A stretch of 64,000 nucleotides of DNA. Origin: Parvularia atlantis. Lineage: Eukaryota. Shown in pieces: positions 22,212 through 38,828 of this stretch. The stretch spans positions 1 through 64,000 of the forward strand of contig CALSCO010000649.1 of the NCBI GenBank assembly GCA_943704415.1, in the 5' to 3' direction. Positions within the stretch are counted from its first letter, which is position 1; each line of letters starts with the position of its first letter. The notes under the pieces were generated by a model. It was given only the letters and a program-made list of their open reading frames with translations, was not told the origin of the DNA and ran no database searches. A program made the translations under genes and the position numbers.

Positions 22212-23339
22212 ATGACTGTGCGGTCGGCGGTGCTCGTGCGCGCGCCCCGCGGCGGCACGGCGGCCGTCAGCGCGACGGTGGCGGTGGCGCAGCGCGGGCT
22301 GACGGCGCTGCTGGCGCCGCGTCAGTGCCTGCTGCCGCTGCGCACCGAGCTCGCGCGGCTGCGCGTCGCCCCGGCCGCCATCCACGGCAATCTCGTGCTC
22401 GTGCCCGGGCTGGACCGCTTCACGGCCACGCGGCGCATCGCCTGGACGCAGGCCGCGTGGTTCAACGTGACCGCGCTGCCGATCGAGCGGCCCGGGACGC
22501 CCGCGGCCGCCGCGCGCCAGCTGCTCGCCATCCGCCCGACCTGGCTCGCCGTTATGCCCAACGACCGGCACCTGATGGACCGGGTCAAGCAGATCCGCGA
22601 CATCCTGCCGCAGCCGCGCACGCCGTACCTGCGCTTCCCGGCGTGCGTGCGCGACACGAACGCGACCGCTCCTGTGGACGGTCAGGGCGCCGACGACGAC
22701 GACCGGCCCGGGCACGCGCCCTGGACCCGCAGCATGCCGGGCATGTGGACGCTCGCGGGCACGGGCGACCTGCTGCTGTACGCGACCGACGGCGCGAGCC
22801 CGTTCCCGCTCGGCATGCCGCGCTTTATCGAGGACCACCAAAACCCGCCCTCGCGCGCGTACCTCAAGCTGTGGGAGCTCTTCACCCTGCTCGGGCGGCG
22901 GCCGCGCGAGGGCGACCTGTGCGTCGACCTTGGCGCGAGCCCCGGCGGGTGGACGTGGGTGCTGCACCAGCTCGGCGCGGCGGTGCTCAGCGTCGACCGG
23001 GCGCCCCTGGACGAGCAGGTGGCGGCGCTGCCGCGCGTCTCGTTTCTGCGGCAGGATGCGTTCCTGGTTGAGCCGCGCACGTTCGCGGCGATGCTGCCGC
23101 AGCACGCGAACACCAGGATCGATTGGCTGGTGTCGGACGTGGCGTGCTACCCGGAGAGGCTGCTGCCGTTTGTGCAGGCATGGGCCGCCAGCCCGCTCGC
23201 GCGAAACCTCGTGTTCACGATCAAGTTCACCGACATGCCGGACTTTGACGTGATCGACCAGTTCCGCGCGATCCCGGGCGCGCGGCTGCTGCACCTGTTC
23301 AACAACAAGCACGAGCTGACGTTTGTGCGGCTCGGGTGA
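22212..23339 (+). CDS. rlmM: RlmM/YgdE-like rRNA 2'-O-methyltransferase (FtsJ-like fold), bacterial type
   Basis: PPSRAYLKLWE, VDLGASPGGWTWVL, VLSVDRAPL, DWLVSDVACYP, FTIK and HLFNNKHELT; continuous ORF from ATG 22212. Confidence 0.85.
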   Translation: MTVRSAVLVRAPRGGTAAVSATVAVAQRGLTALLAPRQCLLPLRTELARLRVAPAAIHGNLVLVPGLDRFTATRRIAWTQAAWFNVTALPIERPGTPAAAARQLLAIRPTWLAVMPNDRHLMDRVKQIRDILPQPRTPYLRFPACVRDTNATAPVDGQGADDDDRPGHAPWTRSMPGMWTLAGTGDLLLYATDGASPFPLGMPRFIEDHQNPPSRAYLKLWELFTLLGRRPREGDLCVDLGASPGGWTWVLHQLGAAVLSVDRAPLDEQVAALPRVSFLRQDAFLVEPRTFAAMLPQHANTRIDWLVSDVACYPERLLPFVQAWAASPLARNLVFTIKFTDMPDFDVIDQFRAIPGARLLHLFNNKHELTFVRLG

Positions 23340-23377
23340 GCGGGCCCCGCTTGAGACATAGCACGTGTACGACTACT

Positions 23378-24738
23378 TCACGAGTACAGATGGCGGTCAA
23401 AGGGGTGCCGCGCCAGGCGCTCGTAGAGCTCGTCCGGCAGCACGCGTACGAGGCGGATCGTCAGCGCGATGATGGGCTTGGCGCGCAGGTCGGGCAGCGT
23501 GCGCAGGAGCGGCGCGAGGCTGCGGCGGGCGACGCGTCGGCAGGAGGCGCGCGGGCGCATCACGGACGCACCGGTCCGTGCGCAGCAGCTCCTCGCGCAT
23601 CAGCACAAGCTGTGCGACCGTGCACACGACGCAGAGGTGCACGCCAAACGCGAAGAAAAAGTCCCACAGCTTCATCGCCTCGTCGAGCGGCGGCGTGCAC
23701 GCGCACAGCGTCAGGATGGCTATGCGCGTGCGTTTCAGAGAGTGCGCGCGTGCAGAAGGGCGCGGGGCAACGCACAAGGCATGGCGTAGAACTTGGCGGG
23801 CATGTTGTGCGCGGCGAGGTGCGCGTGGAGCGGCGGGTCGAAGGTCTGCAAGATCTCGTCGACGAGCTGCGCGTGCAACGTGGTCAGCAGACGGCCGTGC
23901 ATGCGCGCAAAGCGCACCCGCAGGCCGTAGTGCACGCCGGCAAGCGACGGCTGGACGTACATCGGGACGAGGTCCTTGATCAAGCGCGAGAAAGCAAAGT
24001 AGGCGTCGAGCTCGGGCATGCAGTAGAGGAAGGGCGCGAGGAGCACATTCATGCCCTGGACGTACGAAAACACAAAGGGGGAGTGGGATGCGGCTGCGGC
24101 GTTGGCGATGTGCGTCAGGTGCGGGCAGACAGCACAAGGTCGCAAGCGCACCGTTCTGATGAGCAAATGCGTTGAGGATGCGGGCGAGCTGGTCATCGGT
24201 GACGCGGGCCGTGAAGCCCTTGTCGCCGTTGAACGTGCGGAAGGTGTCGTTACTGGCGCCGCGCGCGTGTACGTCAGCTGACGAGCCGCGCGAACGTGCG
24301 TCGCGTGCCTGATCTTGTCGTGCACCCGCGATGGCCCCAGGCGCACCAGCGTCGTGTACTCGGTCAGGCTGACCTGGTGCACGTTGAGCAGCACCTTCCA
24401 CAGGCGGCCGCGCAGGCTGCAGACCAGGCTGTCGCTTTGCTCCTGCGCGCCGCTCGTTGGGTGCGGAAGCAGTGAGACACGTGCGTGCGCGCGCACCTCC
24501 AGGAGCGGCGGCGGCAGCCCGTCCAGCAGAATGAGCCGCCGGATAACGTTGAGCCGCTGCTTTCGCTGCGCCTGCGCCTGCGTGAGCGGCGCGCCAAAAC
24601 GCGGCGCGCCAAAACAGACGACGCGCGGACCTCCTGCACCGCCGCCTGCTGCGTGGCCGCCGGCTGCTGCTGCAACGGAGCCGGCGGGTCCTTTGGCGGG
24701 GCGAGGATCAGCTCGTACTTTTGCCTGAGCAGCGACAT
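23378..24738 (-). CDS. BUB2: BUB2/Cdc16-like TBC-domain GAP
   Basis: LRGRLWKVLL, DKIS|NDTFRTF, SYVQGMNVLLAPFLYCMPELDAY, LTLCACTPPLDEAMKLWDFFFAFGVHL and LYERLARHPFD. Confidence 0.85.
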
Positions 24739-24873
24739 GTTGCAGCGTGTTGAGCATGGGCCTGGCGCTGGGTGGGTGGGTGATGTCTTGTCGAAAGTGG
24801 TGACTTGATGCGCAAGCGTGAAGAACGGACGCACAAGTATGCGCTACCAATTTAACCACCAGGAGGACCATAC

Positions 24874-26546
24874 ATGCTCGCGCTGCAACTCAAGTCGGCG
24901 GCGACGGACGCCGACGCGGCCAAGCTCGGTCGACTGCTCCAGGACGTGGACCCGCGCGCGCGCGACGAGGAGAGCTTTACGCCGCTGCACTACGCGGCCT
25001 GGGGCGGCGTCGCGGGCCTCGTCGACACGCTGCTCGGCGTCAAGGCACGCGAGTGGCACGCGCACGCAACGCGCGTCGCTCGTGACGCGTGCGGCCGACA
25101 GGGCGTCGACGCCAACGCCAAGAACGATAGTGGCGAGGCGCCGCTGCACCTGGCCGCGGGCTACGGGCGTCTCGAGACGGTGTGGCCGCTCGCTGCACGC
25201 GGCGCACGCGCGTTGACGCGGCGCACGTGAAGGTCAACAGGCTGCTGTCGTACGGCGCACACGTCAACGCGCGCGACAACCTCAACTACACGCCGCTGCA
25301 CCGCGCCGCCGAGGGCCAGTGGGGTGTCACGGGCTGGGAGGGCACGGGCGGGCGCGCGGTGCGGTGCCGTGCGGGCGCGCCCGTGGCTGCGCTGACGCGA
25401 GCCGCGCGCACAGTCGCAACACGAGGACGTCGTGCGGCTGCTGCTGCAGACGGGCGCGGACGCGACGGCGCGCGACTCGTTCGGTCGCACGCCGCTGGAC
25501 GTCGCGTGCGACAAGGTCGGCATCCGTCAGATGCTGCAGACGGCGCAAGTGCAGTGTGCGTGCTCGCCTACGTCTGCTGCGTGGTCGCGCTCACGCGAGG
25601 CGCGACGCGACAGCGATGAAGATGCGCAACCAGGCCGTCGAGGCGACGCAGACGCCCTCGCCGTCGAGCAGCCTGAGTGCGCCGCCGCTGCTCATGCGCG
25701 CGTGTGCACGATTGACGCGCGCGGCAGACGTCGACGACTGGGACCGCGCGGCCGTGGGCGCGTGGCTGCGCCAGATTGGCCTGCCGCAGTACGAGGCGCT
25801 CTTCTCCGAAAAGGGCATTAACGGTGCGGACTGCGCACAGGCTGATGCCGAAAGCTGACCGAGCGCGCGCCGCAGGCAAGTTCCTGCTCACGCGCATGAC
25901 GCCCGACAAGGCCGCCAAGCTGATCACGGACGAGTTCCACCTGGACGTGTTCGCGGACGCACTCGACGAGCTCAAGCAGACGCAGGCGCGCTCGAGCGAG
26001 AAGAACTCGGCCGGCGGGCAGTTTGCCTACGCGGCGATGCCGCTGCGGTGCGACGGCTGCGCGCCCCTTGTGCGAAGTCTCACGGCCGCGGGCCGCGCAG
26101 GTCCAAGCCGACAAGCGTGCGATCACGCCTCACGCTCGACAATCCGACCGCGCGTCCCGTGCGCGTCTACTACCTCGACGACACGTCGCCTGAGGGGCAG
26201 GTGTGCTCGCGTTGGCTCGCCTCTTGCCGCCGCGCATCTAACTGCCGCCGTGCGCGCGCGCAGCCGAACCTGAAGCGCATCCTTGGGCCGTTCCAGACCG
26301 TGACCGAGGACGCGCACGAGGGCACGCCGCTGCCCGCCGCGCGCGCAAATGTGCGCTGATGCGCGACGGCACGCAGGCGCCGTGTTCTTCCTCACGGACG
26401 ACAACACGGGCGACCGCCTCGGCTGGGTCCAGGTACTCGCGCGGCCGACGATGATCCATGTGCCGGACGCGGTGCTCAACGCGGGCGATGTGGATCTGCT
26501 GCCGCCGTCGTACGGCGAGCTGCAGTTGTCCTCCAAGGGCGCGTGA
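24874..26546 (+). CDS. Ankyrin repeat - SAM - VHL-beta-like domain protein
   Basis: TPLHYAA, APLHLAA, TPLHRAA and GRTPLDVA (ankyrin); VDDWDRAAVGAWLRQIGLPQYEALFSEKGING|KFLL (SAM); SRLTLDNPTARPVRVYYLD...GAVFFLTDDNTGDRL (VHL-beta-like, inferred). Confidence 0.75.
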
Positions 26547-26590
26547 TGTGTAAGTGTGTCGCACGCGTTTCTGTTGTGTGCCGAGGCATC

Positions 26591-27589
26591 ATGGCACTCG
26601 TGCTGCGGCCGAGCCTCAGTGCAAACGCGCCGGCCGCCGCCGACGCGCCGCCGAGCCTCGCGAGCCACCAGGCACGCGCGGCGGGCGTGGCTGTGGACGC
26701 GTTGCCGTACGTCGACACGGAGATCGACGCCGTGCCGGCCATGCGCGAGGCCGTCAACCGCCTCGTCGCCGACGAGCTGCGCGCGCACGCGCACCCGCCC
26801 GGCGCCAACCTGGGCGCGCTCGCGCACCGGCCGTTCCAGCCGCCGACCGAGCTGCTGCGTGCCGAGCTCGACCGTGTCGAGCACAACGTGCCGCTGGCCC
26901 CGCTTGACACGACGCGGTACCAGCTCGACGGCCCGCCGCTGGGCAAGGGCGAGGACGTGGACGCGTGGCAGGCGGCCGTGCACAACTCGAACGCGCAACT
27001 GCAGCACCAGAGCCTGAGGTGTGTGTGTGCGGCGGAGTGCTGACGATGCGCGGACGGCCCACGTGTTCTTTGCGCGCGCAGGCTCATCAACCTCGAGCTC
27101 ATGCAAAAGTACGGCAGCAACGCCTGGCGCATGCACAACTTCCAGCTCGAGGCCGTGCTCAAGTCGCTCCAGGCCGAGCTCGAGGCGCTGCAGAAGCAGA
27201 TTGTCGAGCTCAACCGCGCGCGCAAGCTTGAGCAGGTGCGCCGTCGCCGCCTCTCGCTTTTGCAGTGATCGCTCACAGCCCGCGCAGACCCAGGCCGCCG
27301 CGACCCTCGCAAACCTTGACGCGCGGTGGTACGAACTCACGACCAAGAACGCGCAAATCGAGGCCGCCTGCGCTGCGCTGGAGCAGCAACTCGCGCCGCT
27401 TCGCCCGACGGTGCGCCCGCGCTCTCCATCTCTCGTGCGCCCTGGTTGCGTCCATGCTCACGCGCTCGCGCCCAGCCTGGGCCCGCGCCGGTCGACTACC
27501 ACGCGCACCACTACGCCGCGCGCGATGCGGACGGCGCCGGCGACGACGACGACGACGACGACGGCGGCGCAAAGGGCATCGAAACGTGA
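26591..27589 (+). CDS. BCAS2: Pre-mRNA splicing factor SPF27/BCAS2
   Basis: VDALPYVD, LDTTRYQL, AWQAAVHNSNAQLQHQSLR|LINLELMQKYGSNAW, ELNRARKLEQ and WYELTTKNAQIEAAC. Confidence 0.95.
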
Positions 27590-27703
27590 GCGCGCGTGTG
27601 TGGAGAAAAAAAACTATACGTAGACGGGCTCCGCCGGCACAGACAGACACACTGACAGGCACAGAACGGGCCCCGCGCGCGCACACACGCCGTCCGGAGC
27701 GGG

Positions 27704-28073
<370 letters not shown>

Positions 28074-28330
28074 TCACACGGTTGGGGGATTGTACACTTT
28101 GATAACTAACTGCTCGTCCTTTGTGTACTGGCTCACGGTGCATTGCGCGCATCTCGTGCGAGCCGCGCGTGAGCAGCAGGGTCTGTGAGTAGCGTTCGAG
28201 GAGGCTGTGAAGACATTGCTTCAGCTCGCCGCCACCCTCACTGGCCGTCAGTGCGGCGGCCGGCGCCGGCGTCAACTTCCGTTGCAGCTGCGAATACGTT
28301 CAGAATCGTCAGAAGGGCACAGAAGGGACA

Positions 28331-28332
<2 letters not shown>

Positions 28333-28408
<76 letters not shown>
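28333..28408. repeat. (GT)38 microsatellite
   Basis: Perfect GT dinucleotide run between the divergent TMA7 and HFM1 genes. Confidence 0.98.
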
Positions 28409-28409
<1 letters not shown>

Positions 28410-28780
28410 ATTCGTGAGCGCGATGGACCGACCGCGTTGTTGAGCGATCAAGCCTCCATCGGCGTCTCCAGTAGCGCGACCGCCAGGACCAGCAGCGCGA
28501 CCGCCAGGACCAGCAGCACGGCCGGGAGCACGGCCAGCAGCAGGGCCAGCAGTATGTCGGACTGGACAAGCAGTGGCGGAGCAGCACAACGAGCCGCTCC
28601 GCGTCGCGACTCGTTTCATCCGCCTTCGGCTATCGCCGCCGATGTGCGCCGCCGCCCGCTGCCCGCCGCCGTGCCCCAGTTAAGCGCCGCGACAGGGACG
28701 ACGACGATGTCGACGATGCGCCGTGGCCGCGCCCGGCCTGGCAAGACGCCACCTCACAGCCCGCCGTCGCCGTCGCGCCC

Positions 28781-34212
<5,432 letters not shown>

Positions 34213-34391
34213 TGGGTAAACTCAAACGTACTCTTTGCACGCGTGCCAGCTGGGGTGGAAAGTCGTGCGCGTTTGGGAAGGGTGGGTGGGCAAGTGGACG
34301 GTTTAGCGTCGTTGTCGGCGGCGGCGGGGCGGCGTCGTGGCCAGGTGCGCAGAACACTGCCGGCACCGCACCGCTGGTCTGACCTATCGCG

Positions 34392-34820
34392 CTACAGTTG
34401 GGCACAACGAGCCGCATGTGCGCCACGTCGAGCGAGGCTCGCGCCGACCACACCCGTCCCGACCAGGCCGTGCACTCGGCCGCTACCCCAGCGCTGCAGC
34501 GCCTCCGCCGCCGCCGCGTCGTCCGTCGCGCCTGTGAGGCCCACGACGGTCGGGCCGGCCGCAGTTGCCCGTTCGACGACCACGTCTACGTCGGGGCGCT
34601 GCATTGCGAAGATGAGCGCCCGGTCGAGAGGTCGGACCATCTCGCTCAGTAATAGCTGCACCGCACGAGCCGCCGCGTCCACCGTCGTCGCGACTTGCTC
34701 GACTCGCCACGCCAGTTCGTCCCGAGCCGTACAGGCGCGCACGACCGCCGCTTGGCTGGCGTGTAGCTCTCGCAGGGCGTGCTCGGCCAGCGATGGCGGC
34801 AGCGAGCCGCTCAGGATCAC
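34392..34820 (-). CDS. Possible hypothetical protein
   Basis: 142-codon ORF with protein-like composition filling the gap downstream of the GT92-like gene; no clear ATG or recognisable motif. Confidence 0.25.
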   Translation of the reverse strand: MILSGSLPPSLAEHALRELHASQAAVVRACTARDELAWRVEQVATTVDAAARAVQLLLSEMVRPLDRALIFAMQRPDVDVVVERATAAGPTVVGLTGATDDAAAAEALQRWGSGRVHGLVGTGVVGASLARRGAHAARCAQL

Positions 34821-34848
34821 GTGCTGTACGTGTATCGCCGGTGTGACA

Positions 34849-36066
34849 TCAACGAGATGTGCAGCTTGTGCTGAAAGGACCGCTGTTCATGCACGCGCGC
34901 ACACGGTCCGCAAACGCTGCCACCTGCGTGTCCTCCGCCGCCGAGAGGCAGTCGAGCACGCCCGGCTCGAGCATGCGCCGGTAGTACGTCGACCGGTTGA
35001 CGTCGGCCTTGGCGCGCACGTCCGCGAGCGAGAGCAGCTGGAAGTGCACAAGCCGCAGCGGGTCGCTCGGCAGGGCCCCGCGCACGGGCACGTCGCTCTC
35101 GCGTGGGCTCGTCGCGGGCACGTGCAGCCGCCCCTCGACGCTCGTCGGGTCGAGGCGGTCGCCGCGCACAAACGTCTTGAGCGCGATCTGCTCGCTCTCG
35201 CGGCGGGGCGGGGCGGCGCCGCACGGCAGCAGGTTGCCGTCCGCGTCCAGCGCCGGCCGCCGCGTGTGCGACTCGATCACGAGGCCCGGCCAGTCGCGCT
35301 CGACGTGCCCGGCCGTGCCAAAGACGACGCCGCTGACCGGGTACAGCGCGCGCGGCTGCGCGTCGAGCAGCGCGTGGATCGGGCCGGGCGATGCACCTGT
35401 GGCGGCGTCGAGCGGGCGGAACACAAACTCGTCCACGTCCATGAAGATCATCCAGCGCACGGGCTCGGCGCTCGTCCGCACGCGCACGGCGCAGTCGGCA
35501 AAGACGGCCTGCTGGCAGCGCAGCATGCTCCACTCGTGATCGCGCTCGTCGTCGCGGCACGCAACGAGCAGCCGCCGCAGCCGCTCGGTCCACGCGCGTG
35601 GCGCGGTAGCAGCGTACGGCGCCGTCGCGAGCGCGCGCCGCGGGTCCCGCACGAGCTTGTTGACGCGCAGCAGCGTCACTACGCCCGCCGCGATCCACTC
35701 GCGCAGCGCGTCGGCGTAGTCGACTTCGTCGCTGCGCACGGCGCACATCGTGTCAGCGCATACACGATGCGGCCCGCGCAGACGCGCGCACCTGCCGTCG
35801 TCGTACAGCACGAAGCGCTCGACGCCCTGCAGCCGGTGGAACGCGAGCCACTCGGGCACGAGCCGCGCGTTGTTGCGGACCATCGTGCACGCGAGCAGCG
35901 CGATGCCGTCCGCACGCGCCGGTGCCTCGGGCTGCTCCGGCTGCTCCGGCTGCTCCGGCTGCTCCGGCTGCGTCGATGCGAACAGGAGAAGCGAGAGCAG
36001 CGACAGGGTGATCAGAAGGAGACAGGCGCGACGCAGCATGTCCGCGAAAGCATGACACCGCGCCAT
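34849..36066 (-). CDS. Glycosyltransferase family 92/DUF23-like type II membrane protein
   Basis: N-terminal TM (LLLITLSLLSLLLFA), (QPE)x5 stem, LLACTMVRNNARLVPEWLAFHRLQGVERFVLYDDG|SDE, QQAVFADC and WMIFMDVDEF (DxD). Confidence 0.85.
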   Translation of the reverse strand: MARCHAFADMLRRACLLLITLSLLSLLLFASTQPEQPEQPEQPEQPEAPARADGIALLACTMVRNNARLVPEWLAFHRLQGVERFVLYDDGRCARLRGPHRVCADTMCAVRSDEVDYADALREWIAAGVVTLLRVNKLVRDPRRALATAPYAATAPRAWTERLRRLLVACRDDERDHEWSMLRCQQAVFADCAVRVRTSAEPVRWMIFMDVDEFVFRPLDAATGASPGPIHALLDAQPRALYPVSGVVFGTAGHVERDWPGLVIESHTRRPALDADGNLLPCGAAPPRRESEQIALKTFVRGDRLDPTSVEGRLHVPATSPRESDVPVRGALPSDPLRLVHFQLLSLADVRAKADVNRSTYYRRMLEPGVLDCLSAAEDTQVAAFADRVRACMNSGPFSTSCTSR

Positions 36067-36320
36067 GTCTGTGCGCTGTCTGCGTTTTCCGACACGGTCC
36101 TCCCCTTCTTTTTTCCGCGTCCTTCCACGCGCGCCTCCCCCTTTCCACGCGTCCCGGCACGCCCCTGCCACGCGCACACCGATACGCGCCCGCCCGCTCC
36201 CCCGTGCACGCGCGTCCGCCGTGTCACGCCCACGACGCCCGCCAGGTTTAGCCGACGAGTTTGGTGACAAAACAATCTTCCGCACCCAGAGGTTTCCGCA
36301 CCCAGAGCGTTCCACAGAGC

Positions 36321-38692
36321 ATGCGCCGCACCGCTGCCTCTCCGTCCGTGCCGCGCGCCGCTGCCCTCTCGCTGCTCGCCACGCTGCTGCTGCTGTTGCT
36401 GCTGCTGCTGCCGAGCGTGTGCGCCGACCGCGGCGTGGCGCGCCGGCCAAACATCGTCTTCATCCTGGTGCGTCAGTAACGGGCGCCGCGCGCGCCGCCG
36501 CCCAACGGTCCGGCGCGTGCAGGCGGACGACATCGGCCTCGGCGACCTGTCGTACACCGGCGGGCCGATCGACGCGCCCGAGCTGGCCGCGCTCGCTGCG
36601 GTGCGCTGCTGACGCAGGACGCGGCCCCCCCTTTGCGCGCGGCCCTGACGTGGTCGTGCGGCACACAGGAGTCGGTGCGGATCAAGACCGCCTACGCCGC
36701 GCCGCTGTGCACGCCGACGCGCGCGGCGCTGCTGACGGCGCGGTACCCGCACAACGTGGGGCTGAACGGCGCGCTGCTGACCGGCAACCCGTACGGCCTC
36801 GCGGCCAACCACTCGACGCTGGCCGACTGGTTGCGCGGCGCCGGGTACAAGACGCACATGGTCGGCAAGTGGCATCTGGGCCACTCCAAGTGGGAGTGCG
36901 TGGCGCGCTCTGCGTGCTGCTGTGTGCGATCGCGCTGACAAGAGCAACAGGTACACGCCGACGATGCACGGCTTTGACGAGCACTACGGCATCTTTGGCC
37001 TCGGCGTCGACCCGCACGACAAGACGCTCGAGGGCGGCGCGGACCTGTGGCACAACCGTCGCGCCGTGTACGAGCGCACACACACGACCGAGCTGTTTGC
37101 GCGCGAGGCCGTGCGCATGATCGACCGCCACCACGCCCAGCACCGCGACCAGCCGCTCTTCCTCTACCTCGCCTTCACCGCCGCGCACACACCGCTCGTG
37201 CCCGACCCGCGCCACGTGCGCAAGTGTGCTGCAATGCGCCAGGAGTGGCGCCGCGACTTTTGTGGCCTCGTCGTCGGCCTGGACGAGGCCATCGGCAACG
37301 TCACCGCCGCACTCAAGCGCACGGGTCTGTGGGACGACACCGTGCTTGTCTTCTCGTCCGACAACGGCGGCGATGCCTGGTCGGGCGGGCACAACTACCC
37401 GCTGCGTGGTGCGTGCGCACGACCGCCCTGCCGCTGCGTCTGCTGACGCTCGTGCGGCGGCCAGGCGTCAAGCACACGGCGTGGGAGGGCGGCATGCGCG
37501 TGCCCGCGTTCATCCGCAGTCCGCGGCACTTTGGCCGCGGCGGCTACGACTTCACGGCCGGGCCGCTGCACATGACCGACTGGGCACCGACGCTGCTCGC
37601 GCTGGCCAATGTGACGCGGCCGGCCACGGCGACCAACCTGGACGGGCTCGACATGTCGCGCGCGCTCAAGACCAACAGCAACAGCCCGCGCAACGAGACA
37701 GTGCGCGCACGCGGCGTGGGCGTAACAGTGCTTACTCGCGCGTGCGCGGCCAGGTGCTTGTGCTCGACGACGCCTCGGGGCAGTACGCGATCCGCAGCGG
37801 CCGCTGGAAGCTCATGTTTGGTCACGTTGGCGATGGCCAGCTGTACCTCGAGCCGACCGAGTGGATCAACGGGTGCAACTCGATCATCGACCGGCTGTAC
37901 GAGGTGCGTGTGGCTGTGTGCGTGCTGCCCGCACGCGCTCATCGCTCGCGGCGGCCAGATGGCGTTCTTCGCCGTGTACCGCGTCGTCGGCACAAGCTTT
38001 GGGATGCTCATGGTCCAGTTCCTCAATCTCAAGCGGCACGAGAACAACGTGCGCTGGGGTTTCACGCCCGACTACGACCACATGACGCTCCTGTTTGACC
38101 TCGAGGTGCGCTACGTTGCGGCCGGCGCGCGCGCACCCTGTCTGACGTGCGCGCACGCGCGCAGAGCGACCCGAACGAGACGACCAACCTGGCCGAGCAG
38201 CACCCGGACGTAGTGCAGCGTCTGCGTGCGCGCATGAACGAGCTCCAGAAGCAGCTGCCCGTGCAGTACAACTGGATGGTCAAGGACAAGAACAACAAGG
38301 TGTGCACGGGTAGCAGCGGTGCGCGACCGCTGAGGCCCCGCACACGCGCAGCCCATCGCCGGCGTGCACCCGGCCATGCCGCGGCTCAAGTACTGGTCGC
38401 CGTACCTCTCGCACGACGCCGACGTGACGCGGGTGCGTCCGGCTGCACCAGCTGCACGCTGCTGACATTGCGCGCGCAGGTGCTCACGTACGACCCGCGG
38501 CCCAACATGTACTCCAACACGTTCGTGGCGGTCACGGGCGGGTTTCTCGTCTACTACTTTTTCGGGCGGTGGTTCCGCTGCTCGCGGCTGCTGACGGCGA
38601 TCGGGCTGCAGAGCTCCGCGTCGTCGCGCCGGCAGGCGGCCGACCTCCTGTTCGACCAGGGCGTGTTCCGCCCATACAAGCTCGCGCACTAG
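36321..38692 (+). CDS. Arylsulfatase (ARSB/ARSI-like) with signal peptide and C-terminal TM
   Basis: PNIVFIL|ADDIG, CTPTRAALLTARY (formylglycine motif), GYKTHMVGKWHLG, SSDNGG, NYPLRG|VKHTAWEGG and DPNETTNLA; TAG at 38690-38692. Confidence 0.93.
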
Positions 38693-38828
38693 CACACTTT
38701 CAGTGAGGCCACTCTGTACTCTGCAATCTTGAGAGGCGGCGGCGACACCGGCAGCGCAGCGGTGCTAGGCTGAACACGACGCCACAGTCCATTCGTACGG
38801 CGCGCTGTCAACTCATGTTTCGTTGACC

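Noticed and set aside
26539..26585. Possible GC-AG intron fusing Ank-SAM in frame to BCAS2
   Set aside because: No branch-site motif, and the donor lacks the directly preceding AG seen at the other GC donors. BCAS2 is complete on its own.
28185..28443. Poly-(CV) and poly-(HT) ORFs
   Set aside because: Translations of the (GT)38 microsatellite.
28469..28520. TAG replacing CAG in a CAGCAGCGCGACCGCCAGGAC repeat in frame with HFM1, hinting at TAG=Gln recoding
   Set aside because: A single case with no in-frame upstream ATG. TAG terminates the sulfatase and MED9 genes normally, and I found no internal stops in conserved exons.
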